This document shows, piece by piece, positions 36,449 to 46,539 of a stretch of 64,000 bases of DNA. Both the position numbers and the translations under genes were made by a program. Under the pieces are notes generated by a model that made no database searches, was not told where the DNA came from, and was given only the letters and a program-made list of their open reading frames with translations. Source of the DNA: an uncultured Planctomycetia bacterium (GTDB lineage Bacteria; Omnitrophota; Gorgyraeia; 2-02-FULL-51-18); assembly GCA_964431835.1 (NCBI GenBank), contig CAYSKO010000004.1:71519-135518 (forward strand). The letters are read 5' to 3'. Numbering within the stretch: the first letter of the stretch is position 1; each line of letters opens with the position of its first letter.

Positions 36449-37324
36449 TTACGCGAAGGCCTCGATGAGGTCCCCGCCCTTGCGGCGCGCCTCGGCGGCA
36501 CGGTCCCTCGCCTTGATGAAAAGCTCCTGACCGCTCACGCCATCGAGAGGATTTTCGCTGAGCCCTATCGAGAGCGACAGGCGCTCCTCCGCCGGCTCGG
36601 AGCGGAACGTCTCGGCCTTGGCGAGATCCGTCCTGATCGCCTCCAGAATCGAGATCGCCTTCTTTTTATTCTTGTCCGGAAGGATCACGGCAAATTCGTC
36701 GTTCGAGATGCGCGCCGCGCGGTCGAATTCCGCGGTGTGGCGACGCAGGATGTCGGCGATGTCCTTCAGCGTCTTTTCGGCTACCGCTTCCCCCAGCGCA
36801 TTTCGGTGCGCGTCAAAATTGAGGATGGAGAGATAAGCGAACGAGCACGGACGCTGGAAGTGGATCGCGCGCTCGATCTCTTCGTTCAGCCTCTCCCGGA
36901 TATAGGAGGCGTTGTGGAGTCCGGTTAGCTTGTCCTTCAGCGAAAGTTTTTCGACGCGGTCCAAGAGTTCGCGCGCGTTGAGCGAGATCGTACGGAGGCT
37001 CTTCGAAAGCTCCTCGATCTCGTCGTTACCCTTCATCGCGGGAACCTCGACTGAACGGCCGTCCGCCAGCTTCCTCGCGGTCGCGGCGACCGCCGCGATC
37101 GGAGTCACCATCTGTTTGGTGATCTGGTAGCCGAGGAAAGCCAGGAAACCGCTAACCCCCATGATGATGCTCACGAGCGTCAGGTCGTTGCTTTCGAACG
37201 GCCACCGGATGAAGAGCGAGGCCACGTACAAGCCCACGAGAAGCGGCAGCACCGACATGAGGCTGAAGGCCACGGCCAGCTGATATCTGATCTTCGTGGG
37301 CATGATATGGAAACCACGGGACAT
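36449..37324 (-). CDS. Membrane 2TM-HAMP-GGDEF protein with degenerate active site
   Basis: Two TM helices, HAMP (NDEIEEL), DKLTGLHN, signature reads SNDEF. Confidence 0.85.
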   Translation of the reverse strand: MSRGFHIMPTKIRYQLAVAFSLMSVLPLLVGLYVASLFIRWPFESNDLTLVSIIMGVSGFLAFLGYQITKQMVTPIAAVAATARKLADGRSVEVPAMKGNDEIEELSKSLRTISLNARELLDRVEKLSLKDKLTGLHNASYIRERLNEEIERAIHFQRPCSFAYLSILNFDAHRNALGEAVAEKTLKDIADILRRHTAEFDRAARISNDEFAVILPDKNKKKAISILEAIRTDLAKAETFRSEPAEERLSLSIGLSENPLDGVSGQELFIKARDRAAEARRKGGDLIEAFA

Positions 37325-37347
37325 AGTTTTGTCCTTTCTTGATTAAA

Positions 37348-37376
37348 ATAATATACTATATGTTAAAATTAGTCAA
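37348..37376 (-). promoter_or_regulatory. Sigma70 promoter for the GGDEF-pilT-pilB-pilC operon
   Basis: TTGACT (37371-37376), 17 nt spacer, TATTAT (37348-37353) in an AT-rich gap; GAAAGGA SD. Confidence 0.7.
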
Positions 37377-37407
37377 TATCGTTTAAAAAGATAGGAAACG
37401 GGGCTGT

Positions 37408-38526
37408 TTAGAAGAGGGGGCGGTGCATTTTGACGTTGAGGAGGATGGAGACGGAAAACATCGTCACGAGGACCGACGTTCCTCCGTAACTCACGAGAGG
37501 CAAAGGAACTCCGACGACTGGCAGGAGGCCCATCGTCATGCCGAGATTGATCACCGCCTGGCTGCCGATCAGCGTCGTGATGCCGCACGCGAGTTGGCTT
37601 CCGAAACGGTCCGGCGTTTCCCCGGCGATGTCGTAGCCTTTCTTGACGAGCAGTCCGAAAAGAAAGATGAGAGCGACCGAAGCGATAAAGCCGCCCTCCT
37701 CCCCCACTACCCCGAAGATGAAATCCGTGTGACGCTCGGGAAGGAACGCCAGGCGGTTCTGGGTGCCTCCCATAAATCCTTTGCCGAAGAAACCCCCCGA
37801 GCCGATCGCGATTTTCGACTGGTTGATCGTGTAGCCCGCGCCGAGAGGGTCCGCATTCGGATTCACGAACACCATGAGCCTCGCCTTCTGATAATCCTTC
37901 AGCGTGTGAAAAAGGATTGGCGTCATGAGAAGGCCTGCGCCGATGATGATCGCGAGATATTTTTTACGGAAACCCCAGAGGTAAAGCATCGAAAAAAGGG
38001 CGGGCAGGAGCAGAAGGCCGGTTCCGAGATCCGGCTGTTTCAAAATGAGGAGGAACGGCACGCCGACGATGGCGAACGGAGCGAAGAGTTTTCTCTTCGA
38101 TAGATATTCCGGCCGGTTCGCGGCGAAAAAGCGTGCCAAGACCAGAATGACGCCGATTTTCGCGATCTCGGATGGCTGGATGTTGAACCCGCCGAAACCG
38201 ATCCAGCGCCGCGCTCCCAGACGCGCCGGCATGAAGAACACCGCAACCAGGAGAACAAGGCTCCCGAGATAAATCGGCCACGCGACGTCCTGGAGCTTGA
38301 AGTAGTCCGTCCGGAGCGCCAGAAATGCGACCAGGATTCCGACGCCCATCCACATCACCTGCTTCATCGCCAGGGTCTGGTCGAACGTCTGATTCGTCTT
38401 GAACGAGGCGCTGTAGATGGAAAGGATACCTATCAAGAAAATCGCAATCGGCGCGAAGAAGAGCATTTTGTCGAAATGCCTTAAATCGAAGCGCTTTCTC
38501 ACAGGTATCCGGCTCCCTTCAGCCAT
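37408..38526 (-). CDS. rodA: Rod shape-determining SEDS protein RodA
   Basis: GARRWI, QPSE, QPDLGT, PERHTDFIF and SYGG motifs. Confidence 0.96.
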   Translation of the reverse strand: MAEGSRIPVRKRFDLRHFDKMLFFAPIAIFLIGILSIYSASFKTNQTFDQTLAMKQVMWMGVGILVAFLALRTDYFKLQDVAWPIYLGSLVLLVAVFFMPARLGARRWIGFGGFNIQPSEIAKIGVILVLARFFAANRPEYLSKRKLFAPFAIVGVPFLLILKQPDLGTGLLLLPALFSMLYLWGFRKKYLAIIIGAGLLMTPILFHTLKDYQKARLMVFVNPNADPLGAGYTINQSKIAIGSGGFFGKGFMGGTQNRLAFLPERHTDFIFGVVGEEGGFIASVALIFLFGLLVKKGYDIAGETPDRFGSQLACGITTLIGSQAVINLGMTMGLLPVVGVPLPLVSYGGTSVLVTMFSVSILLNVKMHRPLF

Positions 38527-40241
38527 TCGAGAACATCCTGAACGATCGGCGCCGCCGCCACGCCTCCGCGGCCGCCGCCTTCGAGGAAGACCGCGACCGC
38601 GACCTTCGGCTTTTCGGCCGGTGCGTAGGCGACGAACCAGGCGTGCGTCTCACGCTGGCCAGACTGGGCGGTTCCGCTCTTTCCGGCTACGCGCACCCCG
38701 TCCAGGCGCGCGAGCCTGCCGGTGCCTGTGTCCGAGTGAACGACGGCCTCGAGACCCCTCTTCACCGCGGCAAGGTCCGCCGGGTCGGCGTCGAGCGGCT
38801 TGGTGTAGCGCTCCGAGACCTTTACGCCGTTGATTTTCTCGATCACGTGCGGCTGGAGTTTTTCACCTCCGGTCGCCACCGCCGCGGTCATCGCCATGGC
38901 CTGGATCGGCGTGACCTGCAGGTAGCCCTGGCCGATCGAGAGATTCGCAGTCTCCCCATCGTACCATCCCTGACCCGTCGTCTTCTTCTTCCATTCCCGG
39001 GTCGGGATGAATCCCCGGCGCTCGCCCGGCAAGTCGATCCCGCTCAGCTCCCCGAAACCGAAAGCGGCGTTCCGTTCGAGGATCGCATCCAAACCGGCCG
39101 AGAGGCCCGCGGAATAAAAGTAGGCGTTACACGAATGCGCGAACGCTTCCTCGAGATCCTGCGATCCGTGCCCTTCCTTCTTCCAGCATGGGAAGCGGCG
39201 GCCGCCGACTAGGAGCCACCCCGGGCAGTTCACTCGGGTCGAGGGCGACATCTTGCGGCGTTTGAGCGACGCCATCGAAGTGACGATCTTGTAGATCGAA
39301 CCCGGCGGGTACGCGCCGCGTATCGCGCGGTTCAGCATCGGGGCGCGCGGGTCGGTGAGGTAGCGTCCGACGCGACGGCGGCCCTGGGACGTCGCGAACA
39401 GATTCGGATCAAACGACGGCGAGCTATTGAGAGAAAGGATGCCGCCCTCGGCGAGATCCATCACGACGACCGCGCCTTTCGCTCCGCCAAGCTTCGTATG
39501 GACGAGGCTCTGCAGACGCGCGTCGACGGTGAGCTGGATGTTCTTGCCGTCCTTGGGCTCCTTCACGCCGAGCGGTTTCACGATGCGGCCGCGGCTGTTG
39601 ATCTCTATTTGAAGGCCGCCCGAGCGGCCGCGCAGGAACGCTTCGTAGCCCTTCTCGATGCCGTCGCGGCCGACCCAGTCGGAGGCGGCGTACTCGTAGA
39701 GGTCGCGGTCCTCCGCTTCTTCCCGCGTCTGCGAACCGATGTAGCCGGTCACGTGGGCGGCTGCTTCGGCGAGCGGGTATTGTCTTTGCGGGCGCGTCTC
39801 GATCACGAATCCGGGAAGGCGGTCGAGCCGCTCCTCGATCGCGATGGCGGCTTCCTGTGGAATGTCTTCCGCGAGGACCACAGAGTTGAACGACGAGCCG
39901 GCACGGCGTTTCTCGAATCGCTTCTCGAGTTCTTCCGGTTCGACTCCGAGGATGGGGGCTACGATACGGCAGCTCTTATGGAGCTTCGACGCGGCTTCGC
40001 GCGGCACGACGGAGCAATTGAAACTGAGGCGGTTCGTGACCAGCGTAAGACCGTTGCGATCGACGATCTTGCCCCGGGGACCTTCGAGATAGATGACGCG
40101 GATACGGTTCTTCTCGGAGAGCGTCTTGTAGCGCGGTCCCTCGAAGATCTGCATGCGCGCGGCGTTCACGAGAAGAAGCGCGAAGCACGTGAGGACGACG
40201 AGCTGGAGCCGGCGCGCCTTTTCGTCGCCGCGATGGAACAC
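38499..40241 (-). CDS. mrdA: Penicillin-binding protein 2
   Basis: PGSIYK (SxxK), SCN and KSG motifs; follows mreD. Confidence 0.94.
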   Translation of the reverse strand: MFHRGDEKARRLQLVVLTCFALLLVNAARMQIFEGPRYKTLSEKNRIRVIYLEGPRGKIVDRNGLTLVTNRLSFNCSVVPREAASKLHKSCRIVAPILGVEPEELEKRFEKRRAGSSFNSVVLAEDIPQEAAIAIEERLDRLPGFVIETRPQRQYPLAEAAAHVTGYIGSQTREEAEDRDLYEYAASDWVGRDGIEKGYEAFLRGRSGGLQIEINSRGRIVKPLGVKEPKDGKNIQLTVDARLQSLVHTKLGGAKGAVVVMDLAEGGILSLNSSPSFDPNLFATSQGRRRVGRYLTDPRAPMLNRAIRGAYPPGSIYKIVTSMASLKRRKMSPSTRVNCPGWLLVGGRRFPCWKKEGHGSQDLEEAFAHSCNAYFYSAGLSAGLDAILERNAAFGFGELSGIDLPGERRGFIPTREWKKKTTGQGWYDGETANLSIGQGYLQVTPIQAMAMTAAVATGGEKLQPHVIEKINGVKVSERYTKPLDADPADLAAVKRGLEAVVHSDTGTGRLARLDGVRVAGKSGTAQSGQRETHAWFVAYAPAEKPKVAVAVFLEGGGRGGVAAAPIVQDVLEWLKGAGYL

Positions 40242-40247
40242 TCTTTC

Positions 40248-40754
40248 CTATCTCCAGACGGCCGCGCGGGCCGGACGCACGTCCGAGACGCGCTTGAGGA
40301 ACGGGAAAATAATGGGTCCGGTCATCGCCGCGAGGAACGCCTGCGGCCAGGAGAACGCCTCAAAAAAGATTCCCCACCCGAGCGCCTCGCCGCCGCGTAG
40401 CGACGACTGGAAAACGAGAAGGCTCAAGATCGACGCGAGATAATTGCAAAGCGGCGGAAGGAGGATCTGGGTGAGCAGTCCTTCGCGGAAAAGTTTCGTG
40501 GAAAGGGAGCCCGCGGCGATTCCCACGAGGCCGAGCGTGATCATCTGCCAGCCGATGCGGCCCGCTGAAAAAAGCTCGAGGAACACTCCGGCGAAGCAAC
40601 CGGCCGCGAGGCCCGCGACGGGCCCGCCCGAAAGACCGTAAAACACCACGCCCACGAGGAGGAGCGGAGGCGTGTTGCGCAGGAAGACGTAATGCAGCGC
40701 GTTCTGCGCGAGAAAGAGCACGAAGAGCCAGAGGAAGGCGCGGTTATTCGACAA
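40248..40754 (-). CDS. mreD: Rod shape-determining protein MreD
   Basis: Polytopic 168 aa protein between mreC and mrdA. Confidence 0.85.
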   Translation of the reverse strand: MSNNRAFLWLFVLFLAQNALHYVFLRNTPPLLLVGVVFYGLSGGPVAGLAAGCFAGVFLELFSAGRIGWQMITLGLVGIAAGSLSTKLFREGLLTQILLPPLCNYLASILSLLVFQSSLRGGEALGWGIFFEAFSWPQAFLAAMTGPIIFPFLKRVSDVRPARAAVWR

Positions 40755-41520
40755 CGAGCACCTCTTCGAGCCGGTTCAAGTCCGCGAACGGCTTCACGTC
40801 GGCGACCTGATAAATTTGCCCCGGCTCCTTCCACACGCGCTGGATGGTGCCGACGAGCAGCCCCTTCGCCGCGGAAGCGCCGACGCCGCCCGTTTCGACG
40901 AGATCCCCTTTCTTCACCTCGTGATCCACGGAGAGGTATTTGATGCGACATCCGCCCGACAAAGTGCCGAAAAGGATGCCCGGCTGGCGCGTCCGCTGGA
41001 CGAGCGCACCCACGCGGGAATTGGGGTCGGTGACGAGGAGGACGAGCGAGACGTTCGGCCACGATTCGGCGACACGACCCGCGAGCGCGCGCTCGGCGAG
41101 TACGCCCATGCCGGGGCGGATGCCGTCCTTCGATCCCTTGTCGATCAGGAACACGCGGTTCCACGTGGACGGCGAGCGGCCGATGACGCGGCAAACGACG
41201 GCTTTTTTAAGCGGGGGCGGGATGGACTGCTTGATGTCCAGGAGCTTCGTCAAACGGCGGTTCTCCGAGAGCGCTTCGCGCGTCTGAAACCGCACCTCGC
41301 GCGATTCGCCGAGCGCGTGGCGCAGAAGGCGGTTCTCCTTCGCGTTGCGGCGGAAGTACCAGAGGTCGAGCGTCCAGCCGGCGGCGGCGCGCGAGACGGC
41401 CACGGGGCCTCGGACAAAAGCGTACAGGAAATTTTTGAGGGGAGTGGTTGCGGAGAGAGGAAGAGCGGTCAAGACCAAAAGAACGAGAAAGACTGCGAGA
41501 ATCGTGCGCTTCTTCAGCAC
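40744..41520 (-). CDS. mreC: Rod shape-determining protein MreC
   Basis: TM helix, coiled coil, IDKGSKDGI. Confidence 0.93.
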   Translation of the reverse strand: MLKKRTILAVFLVLLVLTALPLSATTPLKNFLYAFVRGPVAVSRAAAGWTLDLWYFRRNAKENRLLRHALGESREVRFQTREALSENRRLTKLLDIKQSIPPPLKKAVVCRVIGRSPSTWNRVFLIDKGSKDGIRPGMGVLAERALAGRVAESWPNVSLVLLVTDPNSRVGALVQRTRQPGILFGTLSGGCRIKYLSVDHEVKKGDLVETGGVGASAAKGLLVGTIQRVWKEPGQIYQVADVKPFADLNRLEEVLVVE

Positions 41521-41533
41521 ACTGAAGCCCTTC

Positions 41534-42607
41534 TTAGCTTTCGATCGTGCGGTTCGCCGAGACCGTGACGCGTTTCAAGTATTGAAGTTCGCTGAGGATC
41601 TTGCCGGTGCCCATCGCGACGCCGATGAGTGGGTTCTCGGCGAGATGGACCGGCAGGCCGGTTTCCTCGGAGATGAGCTTGTCGAGACCGCGCAGGAGCG
41701 AGCTGCCGCCGGCCATCACGATGCCGCGGTCGATCAAATCAGCGCAAAGTTCCGGCGGCGTGCGCTCGAGCGTGACGCGGACGGCTTCGATGATGAGCTG
41801 CACCGGCTCGGCCAGCGCCTCGCGCACTTCCTCGGACGAGATCTTCACCATTTTCGGCAAGCCGGAAACGAGATCGCGGCCGCGGATTTCCATCGAAAGT
41901 TCCTCGTCGAGAGGGTATGCGGATCCGATCTTGATCTTGATTTCCTCGGAGGTTCGCTCGCCGATCATGAGGTTGTAGGTCTTCTTCACGTGCTCGACGA
42001 TCGCTTCGTCGAATTCGTCGCCGCCGACGCGCACGCTCTTCGAGAACACGATCCCCGAGAGCGAAATAACGGCCATCTCCGCGGTGCCGCCACCGATGTC
42101 GATGATCATCGAACCGGCCGGCTCCTGGATGGGAAGGCCAACGCCGATGGCAGCCGCCATCGGCTCTTCCACGAGATAAACTTCGCGGGCGCCCGCATGG
42201 AGGGCGGAGTCGCGGACCGCGCGCTTCTCGACTTCGGTGATGCCTGAGGGGATCGCGATGACCATGCGGGGGCGCACGAAGCGCTTGCGCTTGTGGACCT
42301 TGTTGATGAAATAGCGGAGCATGCTTTCGGTGATTTCGAAGTCGGCGATGACGCCGTCCTTCATCGGACGGATCGCGACGATGGAACCGGGAGTGCGGCC
42401 GAGCATGCGCTTGGCTTCGTCGCCGACGGCGAGAACCTCATGCGTTCCCTTACGGATGGCAACCACGGAGGGTTCGCACAGGACGATCCCCTGCCCCTTG
42501 ACGTTGACGAGGGTACTCGCGGTGCCCAAGTCGATCCCCATGTCGTTGGAGAAGAACCCGAGGAACCAATCGGAAAATTTTTGAAAGACGGCCAGGATTT
42601 GCTTCAA
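41534..42607 (-). CDS. mreB: Actin-like cell shape protein MreB
   Basis: [27 protein letters not shown] and DIGGGT motifs; amphipathic N-terminal helix. Confidence 0.98.
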   Translation of the reverse strand: MKQILAVFQKFSDWFLGFFSNDMGIDLGTASTLVNVKGQGIVLCEPSVVAIRKGTHEVLAVGDEAKRMLGRTPGSIVAIRPMKDGVIADFEITESMLRYFINKVHKRKRFVRPRMVIAIPSGITEVEKRAVRDSALHAGAREVYLVEEPMAAAIGVGLPIQEPAGSMIIDIGGGTAEMAVISLSGIVFSKSVRVGGDEFDEAIVEHVKKTYNLMIGERTSEEIKIKIGSAYPLDEELSMEIRGRDLVSGLPKMVKISSEEVREALAEPVQLIIEAVRVTLERTPPELCADLIDRGIVMAGGSSLLRGLDKLISEETGLPVHLAENPLIGVAMGTGKILSELQYLKRVTVSANRTIES

Positions 42608-42659
42608 GAGTATGTAAGTCTAAAATTGGTAATGCAATGCCGCAATTTCTGAACGGTCA

Positions 42660-42688
42660 ATTATAGCAACCGACCTAGGGGGTGTCAA
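42660..42688 (-). promoter_or_regulatory. Perfect-consensus sigma70 promoter for mreB
   Basis: TTGACA (42683-42688), 17 nt spacer, TG-C-TATAAT (42660-42665). Confidence 0.9.
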
Positions 42689-42702
42689 ACCTTATAGGGC
42701 CG

Positions 42703-44010
42703 TCAGTCCAGATGAAAAACGGCTCCGGTTTGCCGGAGAAGTTCGAAGAAAGTAGGGAAGGACGTGTTGATGCATTCGACGTCCTCGACAACGGTCTCCC
42801 CTTCGGCGATGAGGCCCGCGATGACGGCGGACATCGCGATCCGGTGGTCTTTCTTCGAGTTCACGCGGGCGCCTTTCAAGGGCGTGGGGCCCCCGACGAT
42901 GAGCGTGTCTCCAAGCACCTCCATCTTCGCGCCCATGGGGCGAAGAGCCTGGAGAATGGACTCGATGCGGTCACTCTCCTTCACGCGAAGTTCGGAGGCG
43001 TCGTGGACGACGCTCCGGCCCTCGGCCTGCGTGGCGAGGACGGCGAGGATAGGCACTTCGTCGATCAGGGCCGGCAGTTCCGAATGAGGGATCTCGAACG
43101 CGCGGAGATTTTGCGTGCCCAGGGGAAAGTCGACCACGGGCTCAGGGCCGGAGACGGCGCTCGGCGATTCCTTTAGCTCCGCACCCATGCGCCGGATGAC
43201 CTCGAGGACGCCAGTGCGCGTCGGATTAGCGAGGACCGAACGGAATTCGAGGCGCGAGCCCGGAACGAGAAGTGCGGCGGCGGCGAAGAACGCGGCACTC
43301 GAGATGTCGCCCGCGACGTCGAAGCTGCGCGCCCGGAGCTTTTGCCCGCCGCGCACCGACGCCGTAAGGCCGTTCACTTCAACCCGGCCGCCGAAATAAT
43401 CGAGGAAACGCTCCGTGTGATCGCGGGATTTCTCGGGTTCGGAGACGGACGTCTTTCCTTCCGCGCGGAGGCCCGCCAGGAGGATCGCCGACTTCACCTG
43501 CGCGCTCGAGACGGCGAGCGTCGCGTCGATGGCCTTTAAATTTCCGCCGGTGACGGTGATCGGAGCGTAATTGCCGTCCTCGCGGCCTTCGATGCGCGCG
43601 CCCATCTGGCGCAGGTACGTTGTGACGCGTTTCATCGGACGCGAGGAAAGCGAGTGGTCTCCCGTGAGAGTCGCCGCGAAGGGCTGGCCGGCGAGGATAC
43701 CCAGGAGAATGCGCATCGAGGTGCCGGAATTTCCGAGCCAAAGATCCTTCGAGGGAGCGGTCAGACCGTCCAGGCCTTTTCCGTGGACGCGGATGCGGCC
43801 GGGGCCCAGGTGCTCGATTTTCACGCCCATCGCCTGGAAAGCCTCGCGCGTGCAGACGCAGTCTTCTCCTTCCAACACGTTCGTGAATTCAGAGACGCCT
43901 TCGGAAAGCGAGCCGAACATGATGGCGCGGTGGGAGAGCGATTTGTCGCCGGGGAACGAGAGCGAGCCTTTCAGGTTCCTTTGGCCGCCAGGAATGCGGA
44001 CGGTTTTCAC
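42703..44010 (-). CDS. aroA: EPSP synthase (class II type)
   Basis: PGDKSLSHR, GNSGT, SAQVKS, RDHTE and ELRVKESDR motifs; GTGA overlap with rluD. Confidence 0.96.
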   Translation of the reverse strand: MKTVRIPGGQRNLKGSLSFPGDKSLSHRAIMFGSLSEGVSEFTNVLEGEDCVCTREAFQAMGVKIEHLGPGRIRVHGKGLDGLTAPSKDLWLGNSGTSMRILLGILAGQPFAATLTGDHSLSSRPMKRVTTYLRQMGARIEGREDGNYAPITVTGGNLKAIDATLAVSSAQVKSAILLAGLRAEGKTSVSEPEKSRDHTERFLDYFGGRVEVNGLTASVRGGQKLRARSFDVAGDISSAAFFAAAALLVPGSRLEFRSVLANPTRTGVLEVIRRMGAELKESPSAVSGPEPVVDFPLGTQNLRAFEIPHSELPALIDEVPILAVLATQAEGRSVVHDASELRVKESDRIESILQALRPMGAKMEVLGDTLIVGGPTPLKGARVNSKKDHRIAMSAVIAGLIAEGETVVEDVECINTSFPTFFELLRQTGAVFHLD

Positions 44011-44918
44011 TTTTTCTTCGTTCTCCACTCTTCGATGAGCGCCTGAAGCTCTTTGGGGACGGGGCTTTCGAATTCCATGCGCTCGCCCGTCTTCGGGTGG
44101 TCGAACTCGATTTTCCACGCGTGAAGACCGAGCCGCGAACCCTCGGTGCCGTAGATCTTGTCGCCCACGACCGGATGGCCTTCGTGCTCCATGTGCACGC
44201 GGATCTGATGCGTACGGCCGGTGCGGATCTTCACTTCGAGGAGGGTCGAGCCCGGGAAGCGCTCCATCACCCGGTACCGGCTGAACGCCTCGCGCGCATC
44301 GTCGCGTACGGAGACGGCCATCTTGTGCCGGACCTTCGGATGACGGCCGATCGCGCCTTCCAGGCGGCCCTCTTCGAACCGCACGTGGCCCTTCACGAGC
44401 GCGAGGTAGGTCTTCGAAAGCGTGCGCGATTCGAACTGAGACTGCAGCTTCTTGTGCGCGGAGTTGTTCTTCGCCACGAGCATGACCCCGGAGGTTTCCT
44501 TGTCGAGCCGGTGCACGATGCCGGGTCGATCGCCGCCGCCGGAGGAAGAAAGAGGGCCGCCGCGGCCGAGGAGCGCGTGGACGAGCGTGCCCGTCTTGTT
44601 GCCGGCGCCGGGGTGGACGACAAGACCCGAGGGTTTGTCGATCACGAGGAGGTCGTCGTCTTCATGAAGGACGGACAGCGGAATAGATTCGGGCACGATA
44701 GAGGTGGAAATCGTCGGGGCGATCTCGCCTTCGATCTTGTCCCCTTCCTTCACGGTAAGCCCGGGACGGGCGATCTTGCCGTTCAAACGGACGAGTCCCG
44801 CATCGAGGGCGGCCTTCACCTGGGCGCGCGAATGGCTCCCTCCGAGCGCTTCGGCCAGGAACGCGTCGAGACGCTTCGTCACGTACAGAAAAGGAACGGT
44901 CACTTCGATCTTTTCCAT
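44007..44918 (-). CDS. rluD: RluA/RluD family pseudouridine synthase
   Basis: S4 domain, HRLDKETSG and GRTHQIRVH motifs. Confidence 0.92.
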   Translation of the reverse strand: MEKIEVTVPFLYVTKRLDAFLAEALGGSHSRAQVKAALDAGLVRLNGKIARPGLTVKEGDKIEGEIAPTISTSIVPESIPLSVLHEDDDLLVIDKPSGLVVHPGAGNKTGTLVHALLGRGGPLSSSGGGDRPGIVHRLDKETSGVMLVAKNNSAHKKLQSQFESRTLSKTYLALVKGHVRFEEGRLEGAIGRHPKVRHKMAVSVRDDAREAFSRYRVMERFPGSTLLEVKIRTGRTHQIRVHMEHEGHPVVGDKIYGTEGSRLGLHAWKIEFDHPKTGERMEFESPVPKELQALIEEWRTKKK

Positions 44919-45661
44919 CAGTGCCCGCTCCCGCGACGGCGGATCGACAGATAAAGGAAGACCGCGCCCGCCGCGAACGCAAGGCTAGTCCACTGCGGCA
45001 GCGTGAGACCCGCGTACGGCATCTGATCGCCCCGCAGGAATTCAAGACCGAAGCGGACGGCGGCGTACGCGCCGAGGTACGCGGTGAAGGTCGACCCTTC
45101 GCGGCGGCCGGGGCGCGTCGAGAGACGGTCGAGCCAGAGCGCGAGCGCGAAGAGCGCTCCCGCTTCGTAGAGCTGGACGGGATGGCGGGCGAATTCCTCC
45201 CCAGGGAAAAGGACGCCCCAACTGGAATCCGTCACGCGGCCCCAGCAGCAGCCGTTCAAGAAGCAACCGAGACGGCCGACGCCGTGCGCGAGAGCGGCGA
45301 GCGGAGAGAAAAGATCGCAGAGCTTCAGGAGCGGCCAGCGGCGGACCACGGCGTAAGCGGATCCGAACGTCGCGGCGGCGATGAATCCGCCGTACCAGAC
45401 GAGGCCGCCTTCGCGGAGAGAAAGGATGTCGAGCGGCCGGCCGGCGTAATCGTCGAAATGCTGGAGCACGAAAAGGGCGCGCGCGCCCAGGATACCGGCC
45501 ACGAAAAGAAAGAAAAGCATGTCCATCGCCACGGGAAGCGGGACGCCGGCGCGCGCGGCCCGCGAAGGAAGCATCATGAAAACCGTGAGCATGCCCGCGG
45601 CCGCCAGGACGCCGTACGTGTACACCGCGTAGGGACCGATATGGAAAAGGACAGGGGTCAC
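44918..45661 (-). CDS. lgt: Prolipoprotein diacylglyceryl transferase
   Basis: GGLVWYGG, GRLGCFLNGCC, HPVQLYE and RFGLEFLR motifs. Confidence 0.95.
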   Translation of the reverse strand: MTPVLFHIGPYAVYTYGVLAAAGMLTVFMMLPSRAARAGVPLPVAMDMLFFLFVAGILGARALFVLQHFDDYAGRPLDILSLREGGLVWYGGFIAAATFGSAYAVVRRWPLLKLCDLFSPLAALAHGVGRLGCFLNGCCWGRVTDSSWGVLFPGEEFARHPVQLYEAGALFALALWLDRLSTRPGRREGSTFTAYLGAYAAVRFGLEFLRGDQMPYAGLTLPQWTSLAFAAGAVFLYLSIRRRGSGH

Positions 45662-46089
45662 GCGCGCACTTCTCCGCGGTTTTTAAGCAGATAGAGCACC
45701 GCGAGCGCGGCGCCCGCCGTGATCGCAACGTCGGCGAGATTGAACACCGGCCAGACGCGGAAATCGAGGTAATCGACCACGTGGCCGAAGCGCAGGCGGT
45801 CGTAAAGATTCCCGAGAGCGCCGCCGAGAACGAGAGAAAAAACAGCGGCAAGGTAAGGCGGCGTGCCGCGGCTCAGGACAAACTTAAAAAGAAAAGCGAC
45901 GCAGACGAGGGAGAAAAGGACGAGTAGCCCCACCGAACCGGAGAGAAACCCGAACGCGGCGCCGGTGTTTTCGACGCGCGTCAGATGAAAAACCCCCGGA
46001 ATCACGGCAAGGCTCTCGCCCACTTCGAACCGGGCGACGAAAACGGCTTTAACGACACGATCCGCGATGAAAACGAGGGGGGGTATCAA
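45658..46089 (-). CDS. lspA: Lipoprotein signal peptidase II
   Basis: NTGAAFG, GNLYDR, VVDY and VFNLAD motifs; exact start uncertain. Confidence 0.95.
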   Translation of the reverse strand: MIPPLVFIADRVVKAVFVARFEVGESLAVIPGVFHLTRVENTGAAFGFLSGSVGLLVLFSLVCVAFLFKFVLSRGTPPYLAAVFSLVLGGALGNLYDRLRFGHVVDYLDFRVWPVFNLADVAITAGAALAVLYLLKNRGEVRA

Positions 46090-46154
46090 AAGGAGGAGGG
46101 GCCTGATCGTGTCCGAATTCCACGCACCGCGGGCGGGCGAAAGACGGCTCTTTG

Positions 46155-46538
46155 TCAGCGACGCTTCTTTTCTTGCTGCTCTTGGCAGGGAACGCAGTAC
46201 TCGACGTACGGGACGACTTTGAGACGGGCCTTCGCGATCTTCTTTCCGCAGGCTTCGCAGTCCCCATAAACGCCGGTGCCCGCGTCGATTTTCTCAACGG
46301 CCGCGTCGATGCGGTGCATGACTTTCTGTTCGTTCTCGGCGAGGTTCAGCGCGAATTCGCGGTCGTAATTGTCCGTGGCCATGTCCGCCATATGCAGGCT
46401 GTAGGCGGAGAGGTCGCCGCCGGCGTCGCGGCCGGAAGCCTTGAGCGTGTCGTTGGCGATGTGCTCGATGCCGCGCGCAAGCTCGGCCTTCTTCTTGAGG
46501 AGCATCTCGCGGTAAACTTTCATGTCTTTCTTTTCCAT
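46155..46538 (-). CDS. dksA: TraR/DksA family C4 zinc-finger regulator
   Basis: Coiled coil with HMADMATD tip; CEAC...CVPC. Confidence 0.85.
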   Translation of the reverse strand: MEKKDMKVYREMLLKKKAELARGIEHIANDTLKASGRDAGGDLSAYSLHMADMATDNYDREFALNLAENEQKVMHRIDAAVEKIDAGTGVYGDCEACGKKIAKARLKVVPYVEYCVPCQEQQEKKRR

Positions 46539-46539
46539 T

